DNA of 64,000 nt, from the NCBI GenBank assembly GCA_963663165.1, contig OY760175.1:5536001-5600000 (forward strand), in the 5' to 3' direction. Both the position numbers and the translations under genes were made by a program. Position 1 is the first letter of the stretch; every line of letters begins with the position of its first letter. The notes beneath the pieces are model-generated. The model worked only from the letters and a program-made list of their open reading frames with translations, was not told the DNA's origin and searched no databases. The DNA comes from an uncultured Desulfospira sp. (lineage in GTDB: Bacteria > Desulfobacterota > Desulfobacteria > Desulfobacterales > Desulfobacteraceae). Positions 9,420-20,185 of this stretch are shown one piece after another.

Positions 9420-10291
9420 CCGATCTGCCTCAAAACCTGACGGAAATTATTCACCAGCGGATAAACGAAGATTTTTTTGGGACTGGTCCTGTAACTTCTA
9501 CCCTGCCGGACAAGCCCCTTTCCGCTGGTCATGCCAAGGTGTCTAAAATTGGCCGCCCGATAGCACGTCCCATCGAAGTGTTGTGGGTCGACAAAGGTCT
9601 CCAGCAAAGCCGGCCGATACCCCCAGCTCCGCTCCCAGTCTTGCACCAGATCTCTGACAATTTTACCCAATACGTGACTTGCCAGATACCGGACCTTGAC
9701 CCACGGAAAAATCAGGAAGCGTCCATTGTTTACAACAAATCCCAAGTTTCTTAAGCGTTCGTTGGTGCTCCAGCCGATCCATCGATCCCTCGGGGTCAGC
9801 GCCTTGGCCGCCCCTGAGAACAGCATACATCCCAATATGCGCTCTTGAGCTTGTATCAAATAACGCAGATGACATCCGAACGGCCGCTTGTAGCCAAGAT
9901 AATGGTAACGGTGCAGGTATTCATTAACCAGTGAGCGTTCTTCCGTGTCTTGTGCGACCCTGACAACGATCGGCCCGATATCCGAAAGCGTGCCCGCTAC
10001 CTTATCTTGGGGCTGGGTCCTGTCGTCCGCTACCGGCAGTTTCTGTTGAGAGCCCTTTATGGGACCGAGTTTCTCTTTTTCAGGCAACCGTATGAGACCT
10101 TGGGACTCCAGTCGCAGAAGCAATTTCCGGCAGGCATCCACCTTGTTCCTACCAGAAGCGGTATACCAGCCCAAATGTTCGCATATTGTATGAGCCAGTT
10201 CAGTCTGACTCAAATTCGAAAAGGTCTCTACTGTCTCGCAAATCTGTATAAGCTCTTCGTCTTTAATTTTCCGGCCACATTGGACAATCAC
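9416..10291 (-). CDS. DUF4338-domain IS accessory protein
   Basis: YHYLGY, RDRWIGW, VNNGRFLIFPWV, LLETFVD, GTCYRAAN. Confidence 0.85.
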   Translation of the reverse strand: MIVQCGRKIKDEELIQICETVETFSNLSQTELAHTICEHLGWYTASGRNKVDACRKLLLRLESQGLIRLPEKEKLGPIKGSQQKLPVADDRTQPQDKVAGTLSDIGPIVVRVAQDTEERSLVNEYLHRYHYLGYKRPFGCHLRYLIQAQERILGCMLFSGAAKALTPRDRWIGWSTNERLRNLGFVVNNGRFLIFPWVKVRYLASHVLGKIVRDLVQDWERSWGYRPALLETFVDPQHFDGTCYRAANFRHLGMTSGKGLVRQGRSYRTSPKKIFVYPLVNNFRQVLRQIG

Positions 10292-11825
10292 GACATCCTC
10301 CTCTTCAAATGTAGTGTCTCGATTGGGGGGGCGCTCATTCGTACCCTATGCTACATTATCAAAAGGCCGAAATTTTGTCTATTTAAATTTTGCGACAAAA
10401 TAATTTTGGATATCGAGCTGCGTCATTGATATCATTGACTATAAATTTTCATGCGTCAGCACTGGGTTCCAGGCGCTGGTCCAGATAGTTGATGAACGCA
10501 TCAAGTCAGTGTCGCCAGCGTGGCCCGCGCCTTCTGCTCCATCGGGGCCCAGTGGGAGATTAAAATTATCCAATATCCTGAAAGCCTCATAAAGAGTTTC
10601 ATCGGCTGTTTCGGTTTTTCTTGCTGTTTGTGTCCAGGCAACAGCTCTGACAAAACGCGAAGGTGGCGTGTTGTCACCTGGCAAGCCTATCATACCCGAA
10701 CCTGCTCCGGTTGGTGAAAACTTGACTCCTTCTAATTCCTTAGGTTCTACGGAAAACATAGATATGTTTACATAATTGCTTAAATTGGTCATGTGCCAAT
10801 CGTAGTTTGGGGCATTTGTAATAACTCCAAGAGGGGCATCATGAATCTTTAATTTTCCTTCAGTATATTCAATGACAATCGATTCTCCGGTTTTGTCAGT
10901 AACCATCCAATGGCCTTGAACAATTATACCAATAGCTTTTTCAACAACGCCTACTACAGTTACATTGGGCAAGCCATCACGCACTTCCTGCACGCTTGCA
11001 AATTCACCTAAAATATAGTTTGCAAGCTCCTGGCTTGAAATACTGTTTTGGGCATTCTCTTTTTTGTATTCGGGGTACACGGCATATCCGGGGTGGTAAA
11101 ACATACCCAGCGCCAAACCTTTTTCATTCATTCCATCCGAGATGAAATCTTTTCCAACCATGTCGAGCGCAACAATACCATAATTTGTGGTATAAGTTTT
11201 TCCATTGTTTCCATCCGGCGTTAAGCCGACATACTTGTACCCTCTCGGAATGATGGCGACTCTTGTATGTAGGTCGAAAGCTCCCCATTCCATAGTTCTG
11301 CCATAAACAACACCTCCGTCTTTAGCGGTTAATCGAATGCCTGTACAGGCAGTAGCAGGGAGTGAGAAAGCGTTAATCAACAGCGCTGATACCAACAGCA
11401 CCTGCCAGAATGTTAAATTGATCCGATTCATCTTCATATTGTCTCCTTATTAAATGAAATTTACAGTTATTTCATAGCATATGTCCTTGAGCATTTGTCC
11501 GGAAATACTGTTCTTTTTTCCGGGGTCAAAAGAATATTCATCCTTCTGAAATATGCCTTCGGATGTGTATGCTGTGTTGCATGTTCACAACCTTTGCGAT
11601 ACGCATCTACAGTCTTTTAACAGCGTAAAGCTGCTGATGGGCGCACCAGCTATTGCCGTCATTTGCTTTCCCATCCTCAAAGATTCTCCAAACTCTCTCA
11701 CCCGGATGGCCACCCAAAATCCCCCACTTATGGCCACCTCAAAATCCCCCACCTGAGCGTTTAAAAAATCAGGCGTAATCGCTGATAATCAGGAAATTCA
11801 GGAAAAACGGCGACAGAACGTTTAA

Positions 11826-13205
11826 GGGCCTCAGAAAAATTAATATCCACAATTCCATAGTCTGAATTCTGATTTCTATAGACAACATGGAATCGATAGT
11901 TTATGGTCAACATGGAAGATTACATAAAAAATACAGGAGGACCATGTTTGATCATTCTAAGCACAATTTACCCAAAACTATATCGGAATTAACGCCACCA
12001 CTAAAGGATTTTCTGAATACCACTCGAAGCAAATTAAAAGGCCATGAACGGCGCCAATTCATGGCACGCGTTGTCTCCCTTATGGGGCACGGCGGACAAC
12101 TAAAGGCTGAAAGAGAACTGGGTTGGGATCGGAAAACAATAATCAAAGGGCGACGGGAAATAGAAAGCGGAGTTACCTGTGTTGATAATTTTTCCGGACG
12201 AGGCCGGAAATCGTGTTTAGAACATTTTCCGAATTTAAAAGAGGACATAACTCGTATTGTAAACCCTATATGTCAGACTGATCCTACATTCCGTACCCAG
12301 AATTTATATTCCCCAATATCTGCGAATGAAGTATTCCGTCGATTAGTTGACGACATGGGATATGACCCTGAGAATATGCCAACAGTACGGACTCTATCCA
12401 CCATAATGAATAAATTGGGTTTTAAACTGAAGAAGGTCGCCAAAGCCAAGGTAAAAAAAAATTCCTGAAACAGACATCATTTTTGAATATGTGCATAGGA
12501 CAAACCAACTAGCCGATGAAACAGATGGCGTTTTACGTATCTCAATGGACGCAAAAGCCACTATTAAAATAGGGCCTTATTCCCGAGGCGGATATAGTCG
12601 TTGCAATCTTAAAGCGGCGGACCATGATTTTAAACCCGATTCCCTTTTGAAACTTTTCGGTATCAACATACCTGCTCTGGATGAAAATTATATGTACTTC
12701 ACTGAAAGCAACATCACCTCTGATTTCATGATTGATGCGCTGGAATCACTCTGGCCTTCTTTGAACGCAAGATTCGCCCCACATACACTGGTGATCAATC
12801 TTGATAATGGGCCGGAAAATAGTAGCCGAAGGAGCCAATTCATTAGTCGCCTCGTGGACTTTGCCAAATCAGCATTTGTAAATATTAGTTTGGTGTACTA
12901 TCCCCCGTACCACAGTAAATACAACCCAATAGAGCGAGTTTGGGGTGTTTTGGAAAATCATTGGAAAGGCGAATTGCTGAACAAAATTGAAAAGGTTCTC
13001 GGTCTATGTCGAACAATGACATGGAAAGGAGAAAATCCTGTCGTCAAATTAATCAAAGGTGTTTACCCGACAGGGGTACGTTTGGTCAAGTCCGCCGTGA
13101 ATAATATAGAAAACAAAATTATTCGGATTCCAGGGATTGAAAAATGGGCTGTTGATATTCCATGCTATGAGGAATGAATTGTGGGTTTTAATTTTACCAC
13201 ATCCC
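11826..13205 (+). mobile_element. ISAzo13-family IS, copy 1
   Basis: GGG...CCC ends, 3-bp TSD TAA; three copies in the window. Confidence 0.85.
11944..13177 (+). CDS. ISAzo13-family transposase, two frames joined at an A9 run
   Basis: ISMDAKATIKIG, NLDNGPEN, YYPPYHSKYNPIER; orfA ends 12468 and the +1 frame reads KKIPETD. Confidence 0.8.
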
Positions 13206-13245
13206 TAAATTCCCATGTATTACCCGATCAATCTAATCATGGGAG

Positions 13246-15897
13246 TTGGAAAGGATGAACGTTTTGAAACCAGAAAAACAGGCAGCAATCAGCACATTAC
13301 TCAACAAGAATGTAAGCCAGCGAGAAATCAGCAGGAAAACTGGTATTGACCGGAAGACAGTACGCCGATACATACGTCAAAACGCTCCCGGATCAATCCA
13401 AATTCCCCCACCGGAGGCCACATCAAAATCCCCCACCCCGGCCACCGATCAGATTGGAAAGCCCCCACCCCGGCCACCGGCTGATTCAGTGGATTCAGGC
13501 CCCATACCGTTTCACGCAAGATCCGCCTGTGAGCCTCACCGGAAATGGATTGAAGACCAGGTTCGACTGGGCAGAAACGCCATGGCTATCTATCAGGATC
13601 TGGTGGAGCAGTTCAGTTTTGAACATAAGTACAACAGCGTTAAACGCTTTGTCCGCAAGTTAAAGCGCAAAGACCCCAAGCAGTTTGACCGACTGGAGTT
13701 TAGGCCTGGAGAAGAAGCCCAGGTGGATTATGGCCAAGGCGCCTTAACCAAGGGGCCAAATGGCAAATACAAACGTCCCCGGTTATTTGTGATGACTTTG
13801 AAATATTCAGGGCGCTCCTTTCGCAAGGTAGTTTGGAAATCCAGTCAAGAAACCTGGGCCAAGCTTCATGAAGAGGCGTTCCGCTATTTCGGTGGTTGCC
13901 CTGAATACGTGGTTTTAGACAATTTAAAAGAGGGTGTTATCAAGCCGGATATCTATGAGCCTGAGTTGAACCCGGTTTATGCAGCTGTACTGGCTCACTA
14001 CGGTGTAGTAGCAGACCCGGCCAGGGTACGAGATCCCGACCGCAAGGGCACGGTGGAGAATGCCGTTCAGCATACCCAGAATACAGCCCTGAAAGGAAAG
14101 CAGTTTGACACCATTGAAGCCCAGAATGAATGGTTGATGCACTGGGAAGAAAGATGGGCATCAACCCGGATACACGGCCGGAAGAAACGGCAGGTGGAGG
14201 AGATGTTCCAGGAGGAAAAGCCCCATTTGTCCCTCCCGCCGTTGAAAGGGTTTGAATATTTTCGCCAGGAGACCCGCACAGTGTATGATGACGGAACTAT
14301 CCAGGTAGACTCATGCTATTATTCCGCCTTGCCGGCGCCGTTGCACCAGGAGGTCATTGTCCGGATTTATGAAACACAGATTGACATCATCAATCCCCGG
14401 ACCATGGAAAAAATCCGCACCCATATCAAAGGCGACCGGCCCGGAGCGGTTAAGATGGAGGAGGAAGACCGGATCTTCAATCCATCCCGGCAAACAACCA
14501 GCCTTTTGAATAAAGCCGAAAGTATCGGTCCTGCGACGAGACAGCTATGCGAACTGATTTTCAAGGAAAAGGGCCGCCCCGGACAGCGCCGGATGCAGGG
14601 CATTGTCAATCTTGCCCGGAAACATGAGGCCGGCAGTATTGAGGCGGCGGCCAAAACAGCCATAGAGAAGGGATTGCGCAGTTACAAATCCTTTTGCCGG
14701 CTGGTTGAACACCAGAAATCATTTACAGATACCAGGCCACAAGAGGGTATCAGCCAGGAGCATGAACTGATCCGGCCGTCAAATGATTACGGTCAGTTTT
14801 TCGACACGTATGCTGCCGGTAACCAACCCGTTATCTCAAAACAGGACCTGCCAAATGTATGGCAAAGTGCCGACTGGTTGAAGGTGATGGCCGTTTTCGG
14901 CCTTGAGCCCCAAAAGAACAAAAAAGACGAAATCTGGATTCAATCCCCTTTTACCGGAGAACAGAACGCCTCTTTGCATGTGCATCTGGGGCAGAATGTC
15001 TACAAGGACTTCAGCAGCGGCAAAGGCGGTGGAATCCTCAATTTCTGCCAGGATCTGCTGGCCCGCAAAGGGCGGGTGATGAACTGCTACCAAGTGGCGG
15101 AATGGATGATCAGCGAAGGCATTTCAAGCCTGAACAAACCCGTGGCCGTTGAGCCCAAACCAACTCCAGAAAAGAATCAGGCCAACCCGCCGGTGAGTAT
15201 TGATCTGCAACCGTTTCTGGAAATCGTTCATCCGGAACTTGAAAACCGGGGGATTTCCAATAAGGCCTGCCGATACCTGGGATGCGGATATCTGCCCAAG
15301 AGAGCCACAGGCAAAAGTTCTCCATTAAACGGAAGAGTGGTCTTTCAGGTGCGAGGGATCAGTCCGGAACTAACCCCTGTCATTCTAAGCCATGTCGGCC
15401 GTGCATTGACAGACCATCAGGCTGACCTGGATGGCAGATACTGGGGCTTTCCTTTCTCCAAAAAGCTGGAAATCTACAACCAGGACAAACTGCTGCTGGA
15501 CCCAAACGCCAGGGATCAGGTGGAACGATATGGCTTGACCCTTGTGGAGGGCTTTTTTGATGTGGCAGCCCTGGTGTCCGCTGACTGCTTGAATGCAGGT
15601 GCTCTCATGGGCGCACATATGGCAGTGGAACAGGTTCTCCAACTCAGGTTTCTGGCATCACATATGGATATAAACAAGGTCAACCTTTTCCTGGACCGGG
15701 ATGAGGCTGGAAGTAAAGGGACCCGGGCTGCGGCATCACTACTTACGCACCATGGGTTTACTGTAAATGTGTTTGACTGGAACCACCGGTTCATCCGGCC
15801 CGGATGTCCACCTGCAGGGATCAAGCCCGATATAAAAGATCCGGCCGACATGTCTGAAACCCAGCTCAAATACTTAAGAAAACAAGGGATGATTTAA
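13246..15897 (+). CDS. istA: IS21 transposase IstA fused to a DnaG-like (Zn-finger-like + TOPRIM) domain
   Basis: PGEEAQVDYG, VLDNLKEGV, KGTVENAV; C-terminus has SPFTGEQNASLHV...DFSSGKGGGIL, LVEGFFDV, LFLDRDEAG, KDPAD. Confidence 0.85.
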   Translation: MERMNVLKPEKQAAISTLLNKNVSQREISRKTGIDRKTVRRYIRQNAPGSIQIPPPEATSKSPTPATDQIGKPPPRPPADSVDSGPIPFHARSACEPHRKWIEDQVRLGRNAMAIYQDLVEQFSFEHKYNSVKRFVRKLKRKDPKQFDRLEFRPGEEAQVDYGQGALTKGPNGKYKRPRLFVMTLKYSGRSFRKVVWKSSQETWAKLHEEAFRYFGGCPEYVVLDNLKEGVIKPDIYEPELNPVYAAVLAHYGVVADPARVRDPDRKGTVENAVQHTQNTALKGKQFDTIEAQNEWLMHWEERWASTRIHGRKKRQVEEMFQEEKPHLSLPPLKGFEYFRQETRTVYDDGTIQVDSCYYSALPAPLHQEVIVRIYETQIDIINPRTMEKIRTHIKGDRPGAVKMEEEDRIFNPSRQTTSLLNKAESIGPATRQLCELIFKEKGRPGQRRMQGIVNLARKHEAGSIEAAAKTAIEKGLRSYKSFCRLVEHQKSFTDTRPQEGISQEHELIRPSNDYGQFFDTYAAGNQPVISKQDLPNVWQSADWLKVMAVFGLEPQKNKKDEIWIQSPFTGEQNASLHVHLGQNVYKDFSSGKGGGILNFCQDLLARKGRVMNCYQVAEWMISEGISSLNKPVAVEPKPTPEKNQANPPVSIDLQPFLEIVHPELENRGISNKACRYLGCGYLPKRATGKSSPLNGRVVFQVRGISPELTPVILSHVGRALTDHQADLDGRYWGFPFSKKLEIYNQDKLLLDPNARDQVERYGLTLVEGFFDVAALVSADCLNAGALMGAHMAVEQVLQLRFLASHMDINKVNLFLDRDEAGSKGTRAAASLLTHHGFTVNVFDWNHRFIRPGCPPAGIKPDIKDPADMSETQLKYLRKQGMI

Positions 15898-16098
15898 GGG
15901 ATGGCCAGCTTTTAAAAGTGTAACGCCTATCCCCTATATTCATAACGAAATAATGTAACGACCAGATACCCCGCTGCCACACCCTGCTAAAAAATTATAA
16001 AAATCATACCCCGCATGCCGACCCCGCCGGTAGACCCCGCCGCTGACTTATTCAAAATTTGCTACATATAATCTCCGTGATTCGAATCTTGGAGAAAA

Positions 16099-16449
16099 AT
16101 GATGGCAAAGAATTCTCGTGGAAAACGCCCTTGCTCTATTTGCCGAAAATGGTTTGCTCCTGATGTAAGACAAAAAGGCCGACAGAGAACATGCAGTCCG
16201 GTTTGCCAAAATGAGCTTCATCGAAGGCAATGTGAAAACTGGAACAGGAAAAACAAAGCGGTCTCCATAAATAATTACCTGGCAAAGAAAATTGAAAAGG
16301 CTCAAAACCTTCAAACATCCGGGAAATTGCCTGTTTTGCCGCTGGAAGTTATTGAAACAGAATACGGTATCAAGCCGGCAATTATCGTCGAATATCTGGT
16401 TGCCCAGGTTATCTGTCATACCAAAGAAAAAATTCGAGAATTCCCATAA
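16099..16449 (+). CDS. Small CxxC Zn-finger hypothetical protein
   Basis: CSICRKWF...QRTCSPVC; GGAG RBS. Confidence 0.65.
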   Translation: MMAKNSRGKRPCSICRKWFAPDVRQKGRQRTCSPVCQNELHRRQCENWNRKNKAVSINNYLAKKIEKAQNLQTSGKLPVLPLEVIETEYGIKPAIIVEYLVAQVICHTKEKIREFP

Positions 16450-16460
16450 ACACCTCTGAC

Positions 16461-16625
16461 TAATCGAATATTGATTTCAAGAGACAAGGTTATGTTAACC
16501 TCTTGTAATATTAAGATATACAAACAGAGTAATCGAATTTTGATTCTAAGAGACATCATGCGCATAAGTTGTTGATAATATATATAGATACAAACAGAGT
16601 AATCAGTATTCCAGTTCAAGAGGCA
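16461..16625. repeat. Three degenerate direct repeats, period 69-70 bp
   Basis: TAATC-N~12-AAGAG(A/G)CA at 16461, 16530 and 16600; ATACAAACAGAGTAATC exact twice. Confidence 0.7.
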
Positions 16626-17034
16626 ACTGACAGCCGACCCTGGCCGGTGATATAAAAAGGCATCTGAAATTCTAAAAATAAGGAGATGTCTCATGGCAAA
16701 CAGGTTTTCATCCCGGGAATTATTTGAACTGAGGAACAATATCCCTGTGGATATGCTGATCAGGGATCATTTTGTTATCGCCGGTGATCAAGGTCACCAC
16801 CTTTGCCGGCAACGAACCGTCCCCACCTGTGATATATTGACTTGTCAGGGCTTTTCGCAGGTGTAATATTTGAGGGAAGATACCATTCTCATTTGTATCG
16901 ATAATTTGCAACACAATCAGCTAAAACAAGATATATTAATGGAATAGCGCCATAGCAATCAATTTGGTTGCAGTAAAGCACCTGCGGTTGGAAGAACACG
17001 CTCACCAACAGGCGTCAATCCCGATTTTGGAAGT

Positions 17035-17074
17035 AAAAAAGCCGGGTTTTATACGAGGACGTATAAAACCCGGC
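17035..17074 (-). terminator. Terminator after istB (also at ~43693-43732)
   Basis: GCCGGGTTTTATACG/CGTATAAAACCCGGC stem followed by T6 on the minus strand. Confidence 0.7.
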
Positions 17075-17090
17075 AGATGTGAAGAGATGG

Positions 17091-17879
17091 TTATTGGGGT
17101 ATGGACTGGGGATTAGTAGTGTTCGTTGTGTTGGGACCTTCCGTTCGATAACTGAGTCCGTCCCGGATATTAATGATGTGAACATTGTGCATCAATCGAT
17201 CGATAATGGCATGAGTTACAACCGGATCTCCCAGAGTCGTCCCCCAATCCTCAAGACTGATTGAAGATGTGGCAATAAAGGCGGTATCGTCCTGGCAGAC
17301 GCTGATCAAATCCAGCAGCAGGCTGGGATATTCCGGCTTTGTGCGGATACCGCCCACATTATCTATGATCAGAAGATCAAAACGGCTTAAGCCGGCGACC
17401 ACCTCATCGGTGGATTCGTCAGCCAATGACGTATACAGCATGGCCAGAAGTTTTTGCAGGGAAAAAAATCGAACCTTATAACCCGCACGGCAGGCCTGGT
17501 CGCCAAGGGCTGAGGCAATATGAGTTTTGCCCGTGCCGGTTTTCCCAAAAATAAGCAGCGGCTGCTTTCGATCCACAAAGGATAGCTCCATCAGATCTTT
17601 GAGGTGCTCTACATTCAGGCTTGGCTGGAAGTTAAAATCAAAGTTATCAAAGGTCATGTTTCTGGGGAAATCCGCTGTTTTTAGCCGCTTTTCAAGGGAT
17701 CGGTGCTTTCTTGCCTTCATCTGTACGTCCACGATGTCGGCCAGGAACGCCAAATGACCGGATTGATTTTTCTGCGCCTTGGCAAGGGCCTGCTCCAGAT
17801 ATTGGGCCATATCCTTGAGATAAAGCTTGCGCAGTTTCTTTTTAACCTGGTCGCTTAAGTTTTCATTCATCCTTGCCAT
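17091..17879 (-). CDS. istB: IstB ATPase
   Basis: TFDNFDFNFQP, GKTGTGKTHIA, LLIIDN, IIDRLMH. Confidence 0.9.
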   Translation of the reverse strand: MARMNENLSDQVKKKLRKLYLKDMAQYLEQALAKAQKNQSGHLAFLADIVDVQMKARKHRSLEKRLKTADFPRNMTFDNFDFNFQPSLNVEHLKDLMELSFVDRKQPLLIFGKTGTGKTHIASALGDQACRAGYKVRFFSLQKLLAMLYTSLADESTDEVVAGLSRFDLLIIDNVGGIRTKPEYPSLLLDLISVCQDDTAFIATSSISLEDWGTTLGDPVVTHAIIDRLMHNVHIINIRDGLSYRTEGPNTTNTTNPQSIPQ

Positions 17880-19365
17880 CCATTGTTTTTCTGTTAATCA
17901 GGTGGTCATACCTTTGTGGGTTATCCTGCTCCACTGAACAGGATTTCAAATAGCTCCGGGTGTTGTTGGGCAGACCTTTTCCGGCTTTTGTTTTGTTTGA
18001 AGCTTTAATGTTTTTCCCCTGGATGATACGCAGGACGGCATCAGCACTAAATGAGTCAAACCGCGTGGCATGAGCTAATGCCCCTGAGACCACATCCGCA
18101 CCATAGCGGTCGGCATATTTGAGGATACGGCCCATATGGTACCCGGCAGCGCTTTTCCGGGTTTCTTTCAATCCGTTATAATAGACCTGCGCCACCTCAC
18201 CCAATCTCAAAAAGGCATCTTTGAGCAATTGACTCTGGCCTGTCATCTTCCTGTACAGGGCTTCATGTTCAGGCAACACCTGCCTGTCTTCTTGAGTGTA
18301 AACATGCCGGCAATCCATCGTTTCATCACACCATATTTCAATGTGATCACGGAACAAACGGACCTGGACATAACGGCCTATCAGTTCAGGATTGGCAGAG
18401 TATCGTTTTTTGTCGATGGTGACACAAAAATCAACGTTAACAAGTCGACGTACTTCCTTAAAAAATTGATCCGTTTTATTCCATGGCACAGGCTTTAACA
18501 GACTTTTTTCCCTTGCCAGGCGATCCACAGGCCTTTCCCGGGTGGTACCGTGGATACGGACATTGGCTGTGTTCGCCCGCCAGGCATCGGCCTTGTTATT
18601 GAGATCCTCAAGATCAATAAATTCTTTGCCTCTAAGGAAATTGTCTTCAATATACCGGAACGGCCGCTCTACCTTGCCGTGTCGTTCCTTTTTGCCGGGT
18701 AGAAGGATGACGATCTCAAAGTCATACTCCTGGGCAAACCGTTTAAATACCGGATTGATCCAAACGGTTCCGGGGCCCGTGTGCCTGCCCACCGTGGTCA
18801 TATTGTCATAGGTGATTTTGTGGGGAACCGCCCCGATCTCGTCAAACGCCTCTTCATGCAACCGGATCACTGATTCTATAGTTTCATCAAAAAAGTGACG
18901 TATAAATATCCAACGACTGAAGCACAATACAAAAGATCCGGTATGCACCACCACGCGTTGTCCACCCATGTACACACTATGAGGACTCCAGTCCATCTGC
19001 CCCTCATCTCCAGGGGCATGATCAATTGGAGGCCTGGGCACCTTCAAGCCTTTGGGCCGGATTATTCTGATATACTCCTTGAGGATGGAGTATCCGCCCG
19101 TGTACCCCAACAACGTGATCTCTTCCAACACCCGAACCCCGCTGAGATGTTTTTCTTTTACAAGGTAACCGATTTTGGCCTTGTAAGGATCAAGTTTGCT
19201 TTTGCGGGGACTGGTTTGAGGCGCATTAATAACATTGTTGCAGCCCAATGCCCTGCGCACTGCCTTGCGGCTGTGCCCGGTCTGTTTTGCTGTCTGACGG
19301 ATGGATGCTGTGCGCCCAAAGACTTTACGAATACGTTCCTGTTCCTTTTCACTCAACCGGCTCAT
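17863..19365 (-). CDS. istA: IstA transposase
   Basis: PGDEGQMDW, YDNM, HGKVERPFRYI, HGTTRERP. Confidence 0.9.
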   Translation of the reverse strand: MSRLSEKEQERIRKVFGRTASIRQTAKQTGHSRKAVRRALGCNNVINAPQTSPRKSKLDPYKAKIGYLVKEKHLSGVRVLEEITLLGYTGGYSILKEYIRIIRPKGLKVPRPPIDHAPGDEGQMDWSPHSVYMGGQRVVVHTGSFVLCFSRWIFIRHFFDETIESVIRLHEEAFDEIGAVPHKITYDNMTTVGRHTGPGTVWINPVFKRFAQEYDFEIVILLPGKKERHGKVERPFRYIEDNFLRGKEFIDLEDLNNKADAWRANTANVRIHGTTRERPVDRLAREKSLLKPVPWNKTDQFFKEVRRLVNVDFCVTIDKKRYSANPELIGRYVQVRLFRDHIEIWCDETMDCRHVYTQEDRQVLPEHEALYRKMTGQSQLLKDAFLRLGEVAQVYYNGLKETRKSAAGYHMGRILKYADRYGADVVSGALAHATRFDSFSADAVLRIIQGKNIKASNKTKAGKGLPNNTRSYLKSCSVEQDNPQRYDHLINRKTMDGKDE

Positions 19366-20185
19366 GGTGCCCTCCTATCAACTCATTGAGCCGTTTCATC
19401 CGGGCACCGGCCCGCCCTATAAAGTCTTTAAGGGCGCAGACCTTGGAACCATTGATCGTGCCGCTGCCAATGCAGTTGTTCAGCTTGGACATTTTTGAAA
19501 GAATGGCATCAATAATCAAATAATAATTTTCCTTGTCCCGGCTTACGGACTCCAGCGCTTGCCTGGGAGATTCAAGCAGGTGGCGCCTGGCTCCGGGATC
19601 ACTGGTCTTGCACCACAGGTCCACCAGACGGTTCACCTCCCGGGTTTTAAGGTTGTGTTTTTGAATACAAAGAGAAAAATCGGCCTGGGTTGCAGGCTGC
19701 AACCGCGCCAGTGACGGACCGACCCCGGCAGGGAGCAGCCCAAGTTTGATATCGTGGACAATTTCCGGGGTCAGGCTGCGGATCATGGAAAGCCGTCGGC
19801 AAACCCAGCTTTTATGCCGCTCAAGGAGTATCGCCGCTTCAACCTGATTGAGCCCTTCTATTTCTACAAGTTCCCAGACCACCAGGGCCTCCATGATCGT
19901 GGAAAACCCATCCGGGCGGTTCAGAAGGTAGAGCAATGCCTTGGCTTCTGCAGCACTTTTTTTCAACACAGCCACTTTAAGCGTCTTCATGCCAAGAAGG
20001 CCTGCACAGCGATGCCGCTTGAAACCGTCTATTAAAATATGGCAACCTCCTTGCTCAACCGCAACAACAGCCGTTAATTGGCCATGCTTGACTAATGAAG
20101 CCGCCATCTTTTCCTGGGCACCGGCGTGGACCGGCCGCAGGAATCCCAGACGTAAATCCAATTGGTCCGGACGCAGGTTAATCAT
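19349..20185 (-). CDS. ParB/Srx-like N-terminal domain + HTH protein
   Basis: SLVKHGQL...LIDGFKR; NQVEAAILLERHKSWVCRRL. Confidence 0.75.
   Translation of the reverse strand: MINLRPDQLDLRLGFLRPVHAGAQEKMAASLVKHGQLTAVVAVEQGGCHILIDGFKRHRCAGLLGMKTLKVAVLKKSAAEAKALLYLLNRPDGFSTIMEALVVWELVEIEGLNQVEAAILLERHKSWVCRRLSMIRSLTPEIVHDIKLGLLPAGVGPSLARLQPATQADFSLCIQKHNLKTREVNRLVDLWCKTSDPGARRHLLESPRQALESVSRDKENYYLIIDAILSKMSKLNNCIGSGTINGSKVCALKDFIGRAGARMKRLNELIGGHHEPVE

Larger units (their letters stand above)
7688..10464 (-). mobile_element. Two-gene IS (DUF4338 protein + DDE transposase)
   Basis: 17-bp perfect TIR CAGTGCTGACGCATGAA; 9-bp TSD GGTTCCAGG (7679-7687, 10465-10473). Confidence 0.9.
7518..11437 (-). 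pseudogene. Secreted choloylglycine hydrolase / penicillin V acylase-like (Ntn) cassette gene, interrupted by an IS
   Basis: Signal peptide then CTGI, GRTMEW, DGMNEKGL, TNAP, PPSRFVRA; frame resumes at 7678 (LKDLTLNYHTQHNRR...ITPKK*). Confidence 0.85.

Noticed and set aside
9416..10291. DUF4338 gene as a Druantia defence system
   Set aside because: It lies inside IS TIRs next to a transposase, with no other Druantia genes
16461..16625. Triple repeat as a mini-CRISPR
   Set aside because: The repeats are degenerate and the spacers resemble each other
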